Positions 60,302 to 64,000 of a stretch of DNA of 64,000 nucleotides are shown here, piece by piece. The position numbers were made by a program, and so were the translations under genes. The stretch lies in NCBI GenBank assembly GCA_965209155.1, contig OZ242383.1, forward strand, positions 1,120,001 to 1,184,000, in the 5' to 3' direction. The notes under the pieces are model-generated. The model had not been told where the DNA came from and did not search any database. It was given only the letters and a program-made list of their open reading frames with translations. Position 1 is the first letter of the stretch; each line of letters opens with the position of its first letter. This DNA comes from a bacterium (lineage in GTDB: Bacteria > SAR324 > NAC60-12).

Positions 60302-60400
60302 ATGAATCCGAAAAAAGTATTTTCTTCAGGCCTGACCTTGTTGGTGGGGCCATCCCAGCAGGCAGTGTGTTTGCCCAAAAATATGGTGGTACATTAATTA
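60302..60400 (+). pseudogene. 5' relic of a fifth SBP gene
   Basis: GGAG RBS; with one added G it reads MNPKKVFSSGLTLLVGAIPAGSVFA-QKYGGTL, like the SBP YGGTL motif; lies downstream of leader copy C. Confidence 0.55.
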
Positions 60401-60414
60401 TGAGGAGTTTCACC

Positions 60415-60789
60415 ATGAAAATTCGAATTTCGGTCGTTGTGCTCACATTGGTGGTGGGTTTGATGGCAAGCACAGCTTTCGCTTGTTTCGAGAGTGCGGC
60501 GTATGGAACTTTTACGCTGGGGGTTTATGGCACAAACGTTGAGACTGTGGGCGGAGATCAAGTAGGCGATGACGGACACCCGGTGAAAAGCAATAGCGAG
60601 TGGGACTTCAATCGCGACTTTTACATTTCCAGTTGCTCACACCACGCAAATTTCAACGCCAGTGTCGCCACCGGGAAATGGCCCAACAACAAAGCAGAGA
60701 TACGGGCGTTCTTTCAGCGGCAGGAAGTCATGTGCAGAAATTACTTCCGCAGTGTCCATACTAAGTTTGCGGGCCAACTATGTAGGTAA
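60415..60789 (+). CDS. Small secreted Cys-containing hypothetical protein
   Basis: GAGGAG RBS, signal peptide MKIRISVVVLTLVVGLMASTAFA, four Cys. Confidence 0.7.
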   Translation: MKIRISVVVLTLVVGLMASTAFACFESAAYGTFTLGVYGTNVETVGGDQVGDDGHPVKSNSEWDFNRDFYISSCSHHANFNASVATGKWPNNKAEIRAFFQRQEVMCRNYFRSVHTKFAGQLCR

Positions 60790-60817
60790 GGCTAACCAAG
60801 AAATAGGAGCGAATGAC

Positions 60818-61138
60818 ATGAGGAACAAGTTTGGAGTGGCCGCACTTTTCTTCGGGATGCTTGCATTGGTTGGATGCGCTGCTCCATCAAACCCGCAAAC
60901 GAGTGCCATAGATTGCGTATTGGCTGGTGGAAAGTCTATTCAACGGGAAGGCAGGCATGTAGCGTGTGTGGCTGACGATAGCGAGGGAGGAAAGTGCCGA
61001 GCGAAGGGCGGTACTCCCATTTACGATGCAAGGGGCGAACTTGAAGAGTGCCAAGTCAGCACCTACGATGCCGGAAAAGAAATTATTGATCACTTTAACA
61101 AGACGCTTCGAGATGTTGGGAGCGAGATGATGAAATGA
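60818..61138 (+). CDS. Small lipoprotein with two C-x3-GG-xn-C repeats
   Basis: AGGAG RBS, lipobox LVGC, CVLAGG..C and CRAKGG..C. Confidence 0.7.
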   Translation: MRNKFGVAALFFGMLALVGCAAPSNPQTSAIDCVLAGGKSIQREGRHVACVADDSEGGKCRAKGGTPIYDARGELEECQVSTYDAGKEIIDHFNKTLRDVGSEMMK

Positions 61139-61380
61139 TCCTCAGCAAAAGTATCGTCTAGAAGTCAGGCGGTCAGTTTTGCAATTAGTTACACGGCATT
61201 TCTCGATTGGATACGACTTTCAGACTTCTCCGCCTGACTTTCGTATGATTTCGTCTTCAACGCGGCAGTTTCTAGACCATGGCCTGCGCGACGACGGTTC
61301 CGACTTCCTCCGCTGCTTCGACAAGATGGCTATCGGCTCTAGTAGGAAAATCAAAAATTACACAAGACGATAGCATTTGG

Positions 61381-62733
61381 GATAGTGCAAACTTTTTTGT
61401 GTGAATTTATAAGCCATTGATTTTCTTGAAGAAGGGTAAATTCTTTTGTACTTTCCCGACAGGTGTTGACCTCCAGTGCATTTCCATTTTGAGGCTAATA
61501 AAAGCCAAGAGTCGATAGCAAGAGCTTTCTCCGGAGACAATTTCCATTGGCCGAGTTCTTCTTTTAAACTCTTTATTCAATCGTTCGATGACATTGGTTG
61601 TTCTCAGAGAAATCCATTTCTCCTCGGGGTATTCGAGATAGGTCAGACAAGCCGCCAAGGATTTGGCGAGGCATTTGACGGCAGAGGGTAGTTCCTTTTG
61701 CCATTTCTTCTCAAAGTCCCTAAAGAAGAGGCAGGCCTTTTTCTTCGAAGAGGCATAGAAAATAGAACGAAGGTCATCGGCGACGTCTTTTTTCAGTTTT
61801 CTCGGCACCTTAGCCAGCACGTTTCTGGCCACATGGACTTGACATCGTTGCACTTTGGCTTGGGAAAACTCTTCTTTGAACACTTTTTCCAATCCTGCTA
61901 AGCCATCCATCACTGCCAATTCGACGGAAGCGGAATCCAATCCTCGCTCTTTCAAGTCCTTGAACAACTCTCTCCAATTGGAGGCAGATTCCTTATCTCC
62001 CTGTTGCAGCGCTAAAACAGATTTGTACCCGTCTTGGTTCACTCCAATGACCGCGAGCACTGGAATGTTTTCAATACTGTCTTTCACGCGCATCTTGAAA
62101 TGGACCCCATTGATGAAAAGGTATTTGTAATGCTTCTCAGAAAGATCACGTTCTCTCCAGGTTTCCGCGGCTGCTTGCAGTTCTCTATTGGCCAAAGAGA
62201 TTTCAGTATGAGAAATACTTCTCCCAATCAAGCGCTTCGAGAGTAAAGCCAGGTGCGGGTACTGATTCCGCTCAAAAACATCAAACTCAAGTCCTCTGCA
62301 ATGGCTTGCTCATATCGTTTGGATCGCGGAAGCACCTGAGTTTGAAAAGTGCCTTGCCGATCCCTGGGTACTCGAGGCTCGACTTCTCCGATTCCCTTCA
62401 GAGTGATTTTTCTCTGATAAAACCCGTTCCTGTGATTGGCAGGCTTTCCGCTTCGCTCATAGGGCTCCCGTCCCAGATGTTCGCTCAGTTCCGCCCTCAT
62501 TAATTTGGAAAGATAAACACCAACTTGATGGCTTAAATCCACTCGCAACTGCTCCAATAATCCATCCGGGCTTTGAAGAGTATTGAACATTTCTTTAAAT
62601 TCCGTTACTGTCAATTCTAATTTCATGGGGCTTTCTCCTGATAGTAGGTTTAAATTTGACTTCATCAAACCTACCGGGAAAGTCCCATGGATTCATGCCC
62701 TTCTCAATTTCACACAATTTAATTTACACTATC
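61381..62733 (-). mobile_element. IS256-family element with frameshifted transposase
   Basis: Imperfect TIRs GATAGTG[C/T]AAA....TTGTGTGAA; RNGFY, VPRDR, GISTR, QRCQVH, RTTNVIERLNKEFKRR; 1-bp frameshift near 62252; no TSD visible. Confidence 0.9.
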
Positions 62734-63236
62734 TGTTCCATGTTAACGAGAAGTAGCTTAGGGTTTCAATTGGCTACAACAACATTCAAAGAAAATGGAT
62801 TTCCGGGATATCCTCAGAGAATTGAACAAACAGAGTTCGCTAAACGACATCGGTGGGAAAACAGTGAATCGGAAGGTATAACGCGCCGTCTCAATCAAAT
62901 ACTTGCGGAAGTGTTTTCGCAATGTGGAGCTATTGCCACAAAAGTCACGACTGATACCTGATTGTCACGTTGGTACTTTTTCTCAGTGCACTAACCCGCA
63001 TCTTGCACGAAGCGCGCGAGCGTTCGTTCCGCAGCTTGTTTTGCGGGAACTGTACAGATTTCCCGTCCTTCACCTGATGTTTCCGACAGGGCACTGGCGC
63101 AGCCGCTCAAGATGGGCAAGAGGTAGCACCTTTCGCATTTGAGCACTACAAACGCAACAATCCGTTCATACCTGATCAGATAGCCTTTCGTGAAATCCAT
63201 GATTCCCTCTCCTTTCGCCGTCGACCTTCACACCGA

Positions 63237-63671
63237 TCAATGGAAAAATTGGTCACAGTCGATGTCGTCATGCTCTTTGAGGGGAGGATAAATATACTCG
63301 ATGCATATCTCCAACTCCGCCTTATCGGTACATGAAACGCTTCGCTCGATCGTCTTGCCTGCTTGAACGTCGGTTGCGTTTTCCGCTCTGGGCTTCCCGC
63401 TGTCGTCGTTGCGCTCTATAGGGCGATCATATGCGTTATCCGCCCAGGTCACTTTGACAGCTCTTGGACAATTGTTTACGACTTCCCAATCGTGGTGCGT
63501 CGTGTCGTAGGTGCTGCAGCGGCGCTTCTTTGTCCAGGCAAACGTTACGCAGCTTTCGACGCTTGGCACATCGGGTGTTTCGGTTCCCGTCGTTTCGCTA
63601 CTGGTTCGGTGTGCGGTTGCCGGAGGTACGACCAGGGCCATGCACAATACGTACGTTAAGATTCCCCTCAT
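63237..63671 (-). CDS. Secreted Cys-rich hypothetical protein
   Basis: AGGAG RBS, signal-like MRGILTYVLCMALVVPPATA, six further Cys. Confidence 0.65.
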   Translation of the reverse strand: MRGILTYVLCMALVVPPATAHRTSSETTGTETPDVPSVESCVTFAWTKKRRCSTYDTTHHDWEVVNNCPRAVKVTWADNAYDRPIERNDDSGKPRAENATDVQAGKTIERSVSCTDKAELEICIEYIYPPLKEHDDIDCDQFFH

Positions 63672-64000
63672 GCAATCCACATTTCTCCTGGTGGCGGCAA
63701 ACACAATCGTGGCTTTGTCGGACAATCTCCGACGAAAGCGCGAAGAATGATAGCCGATGGCGGTGGGTTGATCCGCACCAGCCGGTACGGGAAGAGCTGT
63801 TGGAACCGGTTTGTCGTGAGAGGACTTGGAATTTGTCGACTTCACTCGCATATCAATTTCCTTTCAATTTTTGAATTTAATCTCTTCCAGTTCGCCTCGT
63901 CTCCGAATCGTCAGCGTCGAATCCAAAGCTTTATGTTGTGAATTATCGTGTTCATGCATCCGAAATATGGTAGATGTCTCGCCTGTCTCTCTGCCACGTT

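Noticed and set aside
62740..63230. Further attC sites or small genes right of IS256
   Set aside because: Isolated GTATAAC/CACTAAC motifs without a convincing paired arm; the short ORFs lack recognisable features

Overview
Bacterial chromosomal window. The gene content (fabA, dksA, gpmI, rsmB, plsY, UGDH, anaerobic cbi genes) looks like a Gram-negative delta-proteobacterial or SAR324-type organism, but this taxonomy is only an inference. Housekeeping blocks comprise a cobalamin ring-synthesis operon with two gene fusions, two RND efflux operons, dapD-ugd-gpmI-PPIase-fabA and rsmB-dksA. They are interleaved with a GC-richer, expanded family-5 (Opp/Dpp-type) ABC system: four long substrate-binding paralogues (one frameshifted), a fifth 5' relic and three permease pairs (one decayed), with no ATPase in the window. 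Mobile DNA is dense: an intact IS1595 with TIRs and TSD, frameshifted IS256 and IS200 transposases, an IS5 fragment, a shattered RAYT gene, REP-containing MITEs and an octamer minisatellite. The most unusual signals are (i) a four-helix-bundle (bAvd/IVP-like) gene bracketed by perfect 20-bp inverted repeats inside IS200-like hairpin ends, (ii) a thrice-copied promoter and structured leader for the SBP genes, plus stacked RBS/leader-peptide modules on the SBP N-termini, (iii) a Phd/PIN toxin-antitoxin pair between two attC-like sites with no integrase in the window, (iv) a hairpin-less RND adaptor whose operon shares an upstream module with the second RND operon, and (v) a DUF2322-DapD fusion. 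No rRNA, tRNA or CRISPR array was seen. All family assignments are by-eye motif recognition; no searches were run.
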